DNA from: a virus
Lineage: Duplodnaviria; Heunggongvirae; Uroviricota; Caudoviricetes
DNA: 8,206 nt
Strand: one strand, 5' to 3'
IMG/VR virus record: IMGVR_UViG_2585427776_000003
Of the stretch, positions 1 through 6,960 are shown one piece after another; within the stretch, counting starts at the first letter, position 1, and the number at the start of each line of letters is the position of its first letter. The notes under the pieces were generated by a model, which was not told the origin of the DNA, ran no database searches, and saw only the letters and a program-made list of their open reading frames with translations. Position numbers and translations under genes: made by a program.

Positions 1-759
1 GCGCAGCGCGATGACTGGCTGAAGAAAGAGATACAGCGCGTATACGATGAAAATCACAAGGTATACGGTGTGCGTAAAGTCTGGCGTCAGTTGTTACGGG
101 AAGGTATCAGAGTGGCCAGATGCACTGTGGCACGTCTCATGGCGGTTATGGGACTTGCCGGTGTTCTCCGGGGTAAAAAGGTCCGTACGACCATCAGCCG
201 GAAAGCCGTTGTCGCAGGCGACCGCGTAAACCGTCAGTTCGTGGCAGAACGACCTGACCAGCTGTGGGTGGCTGATTTTACTTACGTCAGCACATGGCGG
301 GGCTTCGTCTATGTGGCGTTCATCATTGATGTGTTTGCCGGATACATCGTGGGGTGGCGGGTCTCATCGTCCATGGAAACGACATTCGTGCTGGATGCAC
401 TGGAGCAGGCGTTATGGGCCCGTCGACCGTCCGGCACGGTCCATCACAGTGATAAAGGTTCTCAGTATGTATCGCTGGCCTACACACAGCGGCTTAAGGA
501 AGCCGGATTACTGGCATCAACAGGAAGTACAGGCGACTCGTATGACAACGCGATGGCGGAGAGCATCAATGGTCTTTACAAAGCGGAGGTAATACACCGT
601 AAGAGCTGGAAAAACCGTGCAGAAGTGGAACTGGCCACACTCACGTGGGTGGACTGGTATAACAATCGACGATTGCTGGAAAGGCTGGGCCATACTCCTC
701 CGGCAGAAGCAGAAAAAGCTTATTATGCTTCCATCGGAAACGATGATCTGGCAGCCTGA
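1..759 (+). CDS. IS3-family transposase OrfB (DDE/rve integrase domain), 5'-partial, IS629-like
   Basis: Frame 1 is open from the window edge (AQRDDWLKKEIQRVYDENHKVYG...) to TGA at 757-759. DDE signature seen: WVADFTYV, HHSDKGSQY and YDNAMAESINGLYKAE with the conserved K/R downstream of E. The 70..759 ORF in the track is this gene with a spurious internal GTG start. Confidence 0.93.
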   Translation, partial: AQRDDWLKKEIQRVYDENHKVYGVRKVWRQLLREGIRVARCTVARLMAVMGLAGVLRGKKVRTTISRKAVVAGDRVNRQFVAERPDQLWVADFTYVSTWRGFVYVAFIIDVFAGYIVGWRVSSSMETTFVLDALEQALWARRPSGTVHHSDKGSQYVSLAYTQRLKEAGLLASTGSTGDSYDNAMAESINGLYKAEVIHRKSWKNRAEVELATLTWVDWYNNRRLLERLGHTPPAEAEKAYYASIGNDDLAA

Positions 760-801
760 GTTCACAGATAAAACACTCTCCAGGAAACCCGGGGCGGTTC
801 A
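1..801 (+). mobile_element. IS3-family insertion sequence, right-hand portion (IS629/IS1203-like); left end lies upstream of the window
   Basis: The orfB transposase frame is open from nt 1 to the stop at 757-759. The following 42 bp end in AACCCGGGGCGGTTCA at 801 (reverse complement TGAACCGCCCCGGG, which I recall as the IS629-type terminal motif). NinB-like coding sequence resumes in frame directly after 801. The left inverted repeat is outside the window, so the repeat pair cannot be confirmed here. Confidence 0.7.
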
Positions 802-1202
802 GTCAGCAGCTCCAGCCTTATCTGGAGGACGGCAAGTGCTTCCGCATGGTACTGAAGCCATGGCGCGATAAGCGCAGCCTGTCTCAAAATAGCTTAAGCC
901 ACATGTGGTACACCGAAATCAGCGAATACCTCATCAGCCGGGGTAAGACTTTCGCTACGCCAGAGTGGGTGAAGGATGCTCTGAAACACACTTATCTCGG
1001 TTATGAAACCAAAGAACTGGTTGATGTCGTAACCGGTGATATCACCACTATCCAGTCGTTACGCCATACCTCCGATCTTGATACCGGAGAGATGTATGTC
1101 TTCCTGTGTAAGGTTGAAGCCTGGGCGATGAATATTGGTTGCCACCTGACTATTCCGCAGCGCTGCGAGTTCCAGCTGCTGCGCGACAAGCAGGAGGCGT
1201 AA
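802..1202 (+). pseudogene. ybcN: NinB-family recombination protein (YbcN-like), 5' end removed by the IS insertion; residual ORF from ATG 846
   Basis: Frame 3 is open from 747 to TAA 1200-1202 but has no ATG/GTG/TTG before ATG 846. Translated QQLQPYLEDGKCFRMVLKPWRDKRSLSQN aligns by eye with lambda NinB ...VQQILPDPTKPIVVTIQERNRSLDQN, which lies about 20-40 residues into NinB. The native N-terminus should therefore lie upstream of 802, where the sequence is IS-derived. Confidence 0.7.
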
Positions 1203-1372
1203 TGGCTACACCGCTTATTCGTGTCATGAACGGACACATCTACAAAGTACCAAATCGTCGTAAGCGTAAACCTGAGCTGAAGCCATCCGAAATACCAACT
1301 CTGCTCGGATATACCGCCAGCCTGGTTGATAAAAAATGGTTGCGACTGGCAGCAAGGAGGAATCATGGCTGA
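1202..1372 (+). CDS. ninE: NinE-family protein (56 aa)
   Basis: ATG at 1202 overlaps the ybcN stop (TAATG) and is preceded by CAGGAGG at 1191-1197. Product MATPLIRVMNGHIYKVPNRRKRKPELK... is basic, like lambda NinE. The track ORF 1139..1372 is the same frame with an upstream alternative start. Confidence 0.85.
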   Translation: MATPLIRVMNGHIYKVPNRRKRKPELKPSEIPTLLGYTASLVDKKWLRLAARRNHG

Positions 1373-1655
1373 TTTGAGAAAAGCAGCGCGTGGTCGGGAA
1401 TGCCAGGTAAGAATCCCTGGCGTATGTAATGGCAATTCTGAAACGTCTGTACTGGCACATATCCGGCTGGCTGGATTGTGCGGTACCGGTATCAAACCGC
1501 CAGACCTGATTGCCACCATTGCATGTTCTGCCTGCCACGACGAAATCGACCGCCGCACACATTTTGTCGATGCTGCATATGCAAAAGAATGCGCGCTGGA
1601 AGGTATGGCGAGAACACAGGTTATCTGGCTGAAAGAGGGGGTTATTAAGGCGTGA
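1365..1655 (+). CDS. ybcO: YbcO-like protein (DUF1364, Cys/His-rich putative nuclease), 96 aa
   Basis: ATG at 1365 is preceded by AGGAGG at 1355-1360 and overlaps the ninE 3' end by 8 nt. Product [23 protein letters not shown]...CSACHDEID carries Cys/His clusters. The track ORF 1326..1655 is the same frame. Confidence 0.85.
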   Translation: MADLRKAARGRECQVRIPGVCNGNSETSVLAHIRLAGLCGTGIKPPDLIATIACSACHDEIDRRTHFVDAAYAKECALEGMARTQVIWLKEGVIKA

Positions 1656-2014
1656 ATACCTACAGCATCACATTACCCTGGCCTCCGAGCAATAATCGCT
1701 ATTACCGCCATAATCGCGGGCGCACGCACATCAGCGCAGAAGGGCAGGCATACCGCGATAACGTCACCCGAATCATTAAAAACGCAATGCTGGATATCGG
1801 CCTGGCTATGCCAGTGAAAATCCGTATTGAGTGCCACATGCCGGATCGCCGTCGCCGTGACCTGGATAATCTGCAAAAAGCCGCTTTTGACGCACTCACC
1901 AAAGCAGGTTTCTGGCTGGATGATGCTCAGGTCGTTGATTACCGCGTTGTGAAGATGCCTGTTACCAAAGGTGGGAGGCTGGAACTGACCATCACCGAAA
2001 TGGGGAATGAATGA
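1652..2014 (+). CDS. rusA: RusA Holliday-junction resolvase (120 aa)
   Basis: GTG start at 1652 overlaps the ybcO stop (GTGA). Product [24 protein letters not shown]...[28 protein letters not shown] matches the RusA family, including the acidic catalytic region. Confidence 0.9.
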   Translation: MNTYSITLPWPPSNNRYYRHNRGRTHISAEGQAYRDNVTRIIKNAMLDIGLAMPVKIRIECHMPDRRRRDLDNLQKAAFDALTKAGFWLDDAQVVDYRVVKMPVTKGGRLELTITEMGNE

Positions 2015-2151
2015 TGTTTGAGTTTTATATGGCAGAACTTCTTCGCCACCGCTGGGGGCATCTGCGCTTATATCGTTTCCCCGGTTCTGTTTTGACCGAT
2101 TACCGAATACTGAAGAATTACGCCAAAACCCTGACAGGAGCAGGAGTATGA
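2011..2151 (+). CDS. ylcG: small protein YlcG-like (46 aa)
   Basis: ATG at 2011 overlaps the rusA stop (ATGA). Translation is [46 protein letters not shown]. It is below the 60-aa cut-off of the ORF track but sits at the conserved position between rusA and Q. Confidence 0.6.
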   Translation: MMFEFYMAELLRHRWGHLRLYRFPGSVLTDYRILKNYAKTLTGAGV

Positions 2152-2236
2152 AGTCAGAGATAACAATCAACTAATACTGTTTTGTTGATTTTTGCTTGTA
2201 ATTGGCGTTCTGGTCTGATTTTTGTGGAGTAAGTTG

Positions 2237-2620
2237 ATGCGTGATATTCAGATGGTTCTTGAGCGTTGGGGAGCGTGGGCGGCTAATAATCATGAAGATG
2301 TGACCTGGTCGTCCATTGCCGCCGGTTTTAAGGGATTAATTACTTCAAAAGTAAAATCTCGCCCGCAATGTTGTGACGATGACGCGATGATTATTTGCGG
2401 GTGCATGGCCCGTCTGAAAAAGAACAACAGCGATTTGCACGATTTATTAGTAGATTATTATGTAGTCGGTATGACATTCATGTCACTGGCAGGTAAGCAT
2501 TGCTGCTCTGATGGTTATATCGGGAAAAGGTTACAGAAGGCTGAGGGCATAATTGAAGGGATGTTAATGGCATTAGATATCCGGTTAGAGATGGATATCG
2601 TTGTTAATAACTCTAATTAA
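2237..2620 (+). CDS. quuD: late-gene antiterminator Q-like protein (127 aa)
   Basis: ATG at 2237 with GGAG at 2226-2229 (7-nt spacing). Product [22 protein letters not shown]... has a Cys-rich segment ([16 protein letters not shown]...HCCSDG) and sits at the Q position immediately upstream of the late region. The track ORF starts at an upstream TTG (2222). Confidence 0.85.
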   Translation: MRDIQMVLERWGAWAANNHEDVTWSSIAAGFKGLITSKVKSRPQCCDDDAMIICGCMARLKKNNSDLHDLLVDYYVVGMTFMSLAGKHCCSDGYIGKRLQKAEGIIEGMLMALDIRLEMDIVVNNSN

Positions 2621-2653
2621 TATGCCAATTGTTTACTAAAAATTATTAAAAAT

Positions 2654-2671
2654 GGGGCGTTGCAACGCCCC
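2654..2671. repeat. perfect 18-bp palindrome GGGGCGTTGCAACGCCCC; followed on the minus strand by a U-rich tract (candidate leftward intrinsic terminator or protein-binding site)
   Basis: Read directly: the sequence equals its own reverse complement. The minus-strand RNA would be hairpin + AUUUUUAAUAAUUUUU; the plus-strand RNA has no U-tract after it. Confidence 0.6.
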
Positions 2672-2759
2672 CAAAAATAAAGGGTAATATATAACAGAAG
2701 GTTTATATAGTTAGAAGCAAGGTTGTGCTCCTAAAGGAAGTGGCTTGAGGGAGCCACTT

Positions 2760-2798
2760 ATATGTTGGGGAGGCAAAGCCTCCCGCAACATATCTTTT
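2760..2798 (+). terminator. candidate rho-independent terminator (tR'-like) downstream of Q
   Basis: 15-bp stem ATATGTTGGGGAGGC / GCCTCCC-g-CAACATAT with AAA loop and one bulge, followed by CTTTT. A second 8-bp hairpin (AAGTGGCT...AGCCACTT, 2738-2759) lies just upstream. Located about 140-180 bp after the quuD stop and just past the nmpC stop on the other strand. Confidence 0.55.
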
Positions 2799-2808
2799 AG
2801 TAATCAAA

Positions 2809-3891
2809 TTAGAACTGGTAAACCATACCTACAGCAACGATATCATCGGTAGCAACGCCAGATGCTTTCGTGAAATCGCTCTTATCAATCAGGTTGATTT
2901 TGTAATCAACAAAAGTGGACATATTTTTGTTGAAGTAATAGGTTGCACCTACATCAATATATTCAACCAGGTCCTGATCACCCCACGCACCCAAGTCTTT
3001 TCCTTTAGATTGCAGGTAAGCAACGGACGGACGCAGACCGAAGTCGAACTGATATTGTGCAACTACTTCGAAGTTTTGTGCTTTGTTGGCAATATGGTTA
3101 TTACCAAAAACAGTCATGTTCTGGGTTTCAGAATAGGTGGTAGCCAGATAGATGTTGTTCGCATCATATTTCAGACCAGCTGCCCATACTTCAGCATTTT
3201 GACCAGATGCATTCAGGCTGTTGTTACCGTAGATAACCTGATTATTAGTGCGGTCAGATTTAGCATAGGTTGCACCTACACCGAATCCTTCATACTCATA
3301 AGTAGTGGAGAAACCGAAACCATCACCATTAGCTTCAGTTACGTCAGTGCGGTCATTTTTACCCTGATACTGAGCAGCAAAGTTCAGACCATCAACCAGA
3401 CCAAAGAAGTCGTTGTTACGATAAGTTGCAACACCAGTGGTGCGACCAGTCATGAACACATCTGTTTGGGTCCAGGTATCGCCACCGAATTCTGGCAGAA
3501 CGTCAGTCCACGCACCGATGTCATATGCTACACCGTAGTTACGGCCGTAATCGATTGAGCCGTAGTCCCCGAATTTCAGGCCTGCAAATGCAAGACGGGT
3601 TTTGTCTTTGGAGGAGCCTTGAGATTCAGCGCGGTTGCCTTTGAATTCATATTCCCACTGACCGAAACCAGTCAGTTGATCGTTGATTTGGGTTTCACCT
3701 TTGAAGCCAAGACGGGCATAAGTAGTATCACCATCATCTGCATCATTAGAGGAGAAGTAGTGCTTGGCATTAACTTTCCCATATAGATCCAGCTTGTTAC
3801 TGTCTTTATTATAAATTTCAGCTGCCTGAGCAGACATCGCCATCAGTACTGATGCAGCTACAGCAGAAATTGCCACTGTTAATTTTTTCAT
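2809..3891 (-). CDS. nmpC: OmpC/OmpF/PhoE-family general porin (NmpC/OmpD-like), apparently intact
   Basis: Signal peptide [23 protein letters not shown], then mature N-terminus [17 protein letters not shown]. Aromatic/Gly-rich beta-barrel pattern and C-terminus ...GMVYQF with the terminal Phe typical of OMP barrels. Start taken at ATG 3891 (complement); the track ORF to 3951 adds 20 unlikely residues. Confidence 0.93.
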   Translation of the reverse strand: MKKLTVAISAVAASVLMAMSAQAAEIYNKDSNKLDLYGKVNAKHYFSSNDADDGDTTYARLGFKGETQINDQLTGFGQWEYEFKGNRAESQGSSKDKTRLAFAGLKFGDYGSIDYGRNYGVAYDIGAWTDVLPEFGGDTWTQTDVFMTGRTTGVATYRNNDFFGLVDGLNFAAQYQGKNDRTDVTEANGDGFGFSTTYEYEGFGVGATYAKSDRTNNQVIYGNNSLNASGQNAEVWAAGLKYDANNIYLATTYSETQNMTVFGNNHIANKAQNFEVVAQYQFDFGLRPSVAYLQSKGKDLGAWGDQDLVEYIDVGATYYFNKNMSTFVDYKINLIDKSDFTKASGVATDDIVAVGMVYQF

Positions 3892-4478
3892 CGTGAGCCC
3901 TTTTTTTGAACTATTATTAAAAAATGATGTCACTGCGCGATAAATATTCATCTAATCAATGTGATTATTTCAAGATGTAAGTTTTAGTTTCTCATTTAAT
4001 TTGTGAAGTAGATCTCTATTTTTATCTGAACTTTTTCTATCGAAACCTATTTGTGGCTCTTATTTGAACAAAAGTAAACCTATTAGCTAATTTATATTAA
4101 TAGTTGTTATTTATGGAGGCTCTATAATTCGGCAGTTTAATTTAAATCAACTAAAAATAACGCCTGAAATTATTTATTGGTTATTTGTTGAGGTTTTCTT
4201 ATGTATTTGTGGTGGTGTTTTGAACACTCGGTAGCATTCTCATAAATATCATTCAGTGGTTTACGTACGTAAAAAATTGGTTATGCTGTTAAGAGTGGTT
4301 ACTTCGTCACACAGCTTAAACCCGCCGTCGAGCTGGTTTTTCCATTTTCTGAGTCTCGATATTAGCTGATAACTCAATACCTGAGTTATTCACTGACTCC
4401 GAGTCTGTTACGTTTCTGCTTTTTTGCGATACGTTGTATTCCCTCAATTTACACCCGCTTTGTCTGCGAGGTGGGGTT
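3892..4478. promoter_or_regulatory. AT-rich intergenic region (~590 bp) upstream of nmpC on the minus strand and upstream of the lysis cassette on the plus strand; promoter(s) not resolved
   Basis: Visibly AT-rich with many A/T runs (3900-4260 especially) and no convincing ORF. The minus strand contains GGTTTACTTTTGTTCAAATAAG (plus-strand complement around 4059-4080), which resembles OmpR-box half-sites of porin promoters. Confidence 0.4.
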
Positions 4479-4694
4479 ATGAAATCCATGGATAAGTTAA
4501 CAACGGGTGTCGCCTATGGCACCTCAGCAGGTAGTGCCGGTTACTGGTTTTTACAGCTGCTCGATAAAGTCACGCCCTCACAGTGGGCAGCAATAGGTGT
4601 GCTGGGTAGCCTGGTATTTGGCCTGCTGACGTACCTGACAAACCTTTATTTCAAGATTAAAGAAGATAAGCGCAAGGCTGCGAGAGGTGAATAA
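4479..4694 (+). CDS. essD: class II holin of the phage-21 S21 pinholin type, dual-start (antiholin from Met1, holin from Met4)
   Basis: ATG AAA TCC ATG GAT gives MKSMDK. Two hydrophobic segments ([18 protein letters not shown] and [18 protein letters not shown]) and a basic C-tail [11 protein letters not shown]. The track ORF from 4434 adds an upstream in-frame ATG. Confidence 0.9.
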
Positions 4695-5191
4695 TGCCTC
4701 CATCATTACGAAAAGCCGTTGCTGCTGCTATTGGTGGCGGAGCAATTGCTATAGCATCAGTGTTAATCACTGGCCCAAGTGGTAACGATGGTCTGGAAGG
4801 TGTCAGCTACATACCATACAAAGATATTGTTGGTGTATGGACTGTATGTCACGGGCATACAGGAAAAGACATCATGCTCGGTAAAACGTATACCAAAGCA
4901 GAATGCAAAGCCCTCCTGAATAAAGACCTTGCCACGGTCGCCAGACAAATTAACCCGTACATAAAAGTTGATATACCGGAAACAACGCGCGGCGCTCTTT
5001 ACTCGTTCGTTTACAACGTGGGCGCTGGCAATTTCAGAACATCGACGCTTCTTCGCAAAATAAACCAGGGCGATATCAAAGGCGCATGTGATCAGCTACG
5101 TCGCTGGACATATGCTGGCGGTAAGCAATGGAAAGGTCTCATGACTCGTCGTGAGATTGAGCGTGAAATCTGTTTGTGGGGTCAGCAATGA
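4694..5191 (+). CDS. rrrD: SAR endolysin (T4-lysozyme-fold muramidase, phage 21 R21 / P1 Lyz type)
   Basis: ATG at 4694 overlaps the essD stop (TAATG). N-terminal Gly/Ala-rich weakly hydrophobic SAR segment [20 protein letters not shown], followed by the catalytic triad positions E35, D44, T50 (GLEG...KDIVGVWTV). Confidence 0.93.
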   Translation: MPPSLRKAVAAAIGGGAIAIASVLITGPSGNDGLEGVSYIPYKDIVGVWTVCHGHTGKDIMLGKTYTKAECKALLNKDLATVARQINPYIKVDIPETTRGALYSFVYNVGAGNFRTSTLLRKINQGDIKGACDQLRRWTYAGGKQWKGLMTRREIEREICLWGQQ

Positions 5192-5649
5192 ACAGAGTAA
5201 CCGCGATTATCTCCGCTCTGGTTATCTGCATCATCGTCTGCCTGTCATGGGCTGTTAATCATTACCGTGATAACGCCATTACCTACAAAGCCCAGCGCGA
5301 CAAAAATGCCAGAGAACTGAAGCTGGCGAACGCGGCAATTACTGACATGCAGATGCGCCAGCGTGATGTTGCTGCACTGGATGAAAAATACACGAAGGAG
5401 TTAGCTAATGCGAAAGCTGAAAATGATGCTCTGCGTGATGATGTTGCCGCTGGTCGTCGTCGGTTGCACATCAAAGCAGTCTGTCAGTCAGTGCGTGAAG
5501 CCACCACCGCCTCCGGCGTGGATAATGCAGCCTCCCCCCGACTGGCAGACACCGCTGAACGGGATTATTTCACCCTCAGAGAGAGGCTGATCACTATGCA
5601 AAAACAACTGGAAGGAACCCAGAAGTATATTAATGAGCAGTGCAGATAG
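5188..5649 (+). CDS. rzpD: Rz inner-membrane spanin (i-spanin)
   Basis: ATG at 5188 overlaps the rrrD stop (ATGA). N-terminal TM segment [18 protein letters not shown], then a coiled-coil-like, charge-rich periplasmic domain ending ...INEQCR. Confidence 0.9.
   Translation: MNRVTAIISALVICIIVCLSWAVNHYRDNAITYKAQRDKNARELKLANAAITDMQMRQRDVAALDEKYTKELANAKAENDALRDDVAAGRRRLHIKAVCQSVREATTASGVDNAASPRLADTAERDYFTLRERLITMQKQLEGTQKYINEQCR
5408..5590 (+). CDS. rzoD: Rz1 outer-membrane lipoprotein spanin (o-spanin), embedded in the +1 frame of Rz
   Basis: Strong SD AAGGAG 7 nt upstream of ATG 5408. Lipoprotein signal [20 protein letters not shown] with lipobox VVGC, and a Pro-rich mature part ([15 protein letters not shown]). 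Lies wholly inside rzpD. Confidence 0.85.
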   Translation: MRKLKMMLCVMMLPLVVVGCTSKQSVSQCVKPPPPPAWIMQPPPDWQTPLNGIISPSERG

Positions 5650-5680
5650 AGTTGCCCATATCGATGGGCAACTCATGCAA

Positions 5681-5974
5681 TTATTGTGAGCAATACACAC
5701 GCGCTTCCAGCGGAGTATAAATGCCTAAAGTAATAAAACCGAGCAATCCATTTACGAATGTTTGCTGGGTTTCTGTTTTAACAACATTTTCTGCGCCGCC
5801 ACAAATTTTGGCTGCATCGACAGTTTTCTTCTGCCCAATTCCAGAAACGAAGAAATGATGGGTGATGGTTTCCTTTGGTGCTACTGCTGCCGGTTTGTTT
5901 TGAACAGTAAACGTCTGTTGAGCACATCCTGTAATAAGCAGGGCCAGCGCAGTAGCGAGTAGCATTTTTTTCAT
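5681..5974 (-). CDS. borD: Bor/Iss-family outer-membrane lipoprotein
   Basis: Product MKKMLLATALALLITGCAQQTF... has a lipoprotein signal with lipobox LITGC. 97 aa, opposite strand immediately after Rz, as for lambda bor. Confidence 0.9.
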   Translation of the reverse strand: MKKMLLATALALLITGCAQQTFTVQNKPAAVAPKETITHHFFVSGIGQKKTVDAAKICGGAENVVKTETQQTFVNGLLGFITLGIYTPLEARVYCSQ

Positions 5975-6107
5975 GGTGTTATTCCCGATGCTTTTTGAAG
6001 TTCGCAGAATCGTATGTGTAGAAAATTAAACAAACCCTAAACAATGAGTTGAAATTTCATATTGTTAATATTTATTAATGTATGTCAGGTGCGATGAATC
6101 GTCATTG

Positions 6108-6172
6108 TATTCCCGGATTAACTATGTCCACAGCCCTGACGGGGAACTTCTCTGCGGGAGTGTCCGGGAATA
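6108..6172. repeat. 10-bp inverted repeat TATTCCCGGA ... TCCGGGAATA separated by 45 bp, in the borD-ybcV intergenic region
   Basis: Read directly: 6108-6117 and 6163-6172 are exact reverse complements. The spacer is GC-rich with CCC/GGG runs (CAGCCCTGACGGGGAAC...GCGGGAG). Confidence 0.5.
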
Positions 6173-6264
6173 ATTAAAAACGATGCACACAGGGTTTAGC
6201 GCGTACACGTATTGCATTATGCCAACGCCCCGGTGCTGACACGGAAGAAACCGGACGTTATGAT

Positions 6265-6675
6265 TTAGCGTGGAAAGATTTGTGTAGTGTTCTGAATGCT
6301 CTCAGTAAATAGTAATGAATTATCAAAGGTATAGTAATATCTTTTATGTTCATGGATATTTGTAACCCATCGGAAAACTCCTGCTTTAGCAAGATTTTCC
6401 CTGTATTGCTGAAATGTGATTTCTCTTGATTTCAACCTATCATAGGACGTTTCTATAAGATGCGTGTTTCTTGAGAATTTAACATTTACAACCTTTTTAA
6501 GTCCTTTTATTAACACGGTGTTATCGTTTTCTAACACGATGTGAATATTATCTGTGGCTAGATAGTAAATATAATGTGAGACGTTGTGACGTTTTAGTTC
6601 AGAATAAAACAATTCACAGTTTAAATCTTTTCGCACTTGATCGAATATTTCTTTAAAAATGGCAACCTGAGCCAT
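6265..6675 (-). CDS. ybcV: YbcV-like protein (DUF1398), 136 aa; function unknown
   Basis: Open frame with the best RBS (GGAAGG, 8-nt spacing) ahead of ATG at 6675 ([13 protein letters not shown]...). In-frame upstream alternative starts at 6717 (ATG) and 6798 (GTG) lack an SD. Codon usage is visibly AT-rich compared with neighbouring phage core genes. Confidence 0.8.
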   Translation of the reverse strand: MAQVAIFKEIFDQVRKDLNCELFYSELKRHNVSHYIYYLATDNIHIVLENDNTVLIKGLKKVVNVKFSRNTHLIETSYDRLKSREITFQQYRENLAKAGVFRWVTNIHEHKRYYYTFDNSLLFTESIQNTTQIFPR

Positions 6676-6960
6676 TGGTAAAACCTTCCATGTGATACGA
6701 GGGCGCGTAGTTTGCATTATCGTTTTTATCGTTTCAATCTGGTCTGACCTCTTTGTGTTTTGTTGATGATTTATGTCAAATATTAGGAATGTTTTCACTT
6801 AATAGTATTGGTTGCGTAACAAAGTGCGGTCCTGCTGGCATTCTGGAGGGAAATACAACCGACAGATGTATGTAAGGCCAACGTGCTCAAATCTTCATAC
6901 AGAAAGATTTGAAGTAATATTTTAACCGCTAGATGAAGAGCAAGCGCATGGAGCGACAAA

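Noticed and set aside
47-592. ORFs 47..229 and 311..592 (plus), and 517..765 (minus)
   Set aside because: Alternative frames inside the transposase gene; the DDE-containing frame 1 is the real one.
846-1202. Treating the 118-aa ORF from ATG 846 as an intact ybcN gene
   Set aside because: NinB-like homology continues upstream of 846 to the IS boundary at about 802, and there is no SD before 846, so it is better described as a 5'-truncated remnant.
1001-1558. 185-aa minus-strand ORF, and overlapping 112-aa ORF at 1224..1562
   Set aside because: Antisense to the ybcN/ninE/ybcO coding sequences, with no RBS and no family-like features; typical shadow ORFs opposite real genes.
1673-2170. 165-aa minus-strand ORF, and 66-aa ORF at 1702..1902
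   Set aside because: Antisense to rusA/ylcG, whose products have clear family signatures; no independent support.
3010-3558. 182-aa plus-strand ORF
   Set aside because: Lies entirely inside the porin gene on the opposite strand; low-complexity product, no RBS.
2809-3951. Longer 380-aa version of the porin starting at 3951
   Set aside because: The extra 20 residues ([20 protein letters not shown]) precede a canonical signal peptide that begins at the ATG at 3891.
4434-4694. 86-aa holin version from the upstream in-frame ATG at 4434
   Set aside because: The S21-type dual-start motif MKSM begins at 4479; the upstream extension is not hydrophobic and has no convincing RBS. A minor isoform cannot be excluded.
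5283-5962. Small ORFs 5283..5474 (minus), 5488..5700 (minus) and 5762..5962 (plus)
   Set aside because: Antisense or out of frame within Rz/Rz1 and borD; no signals supporting expression.
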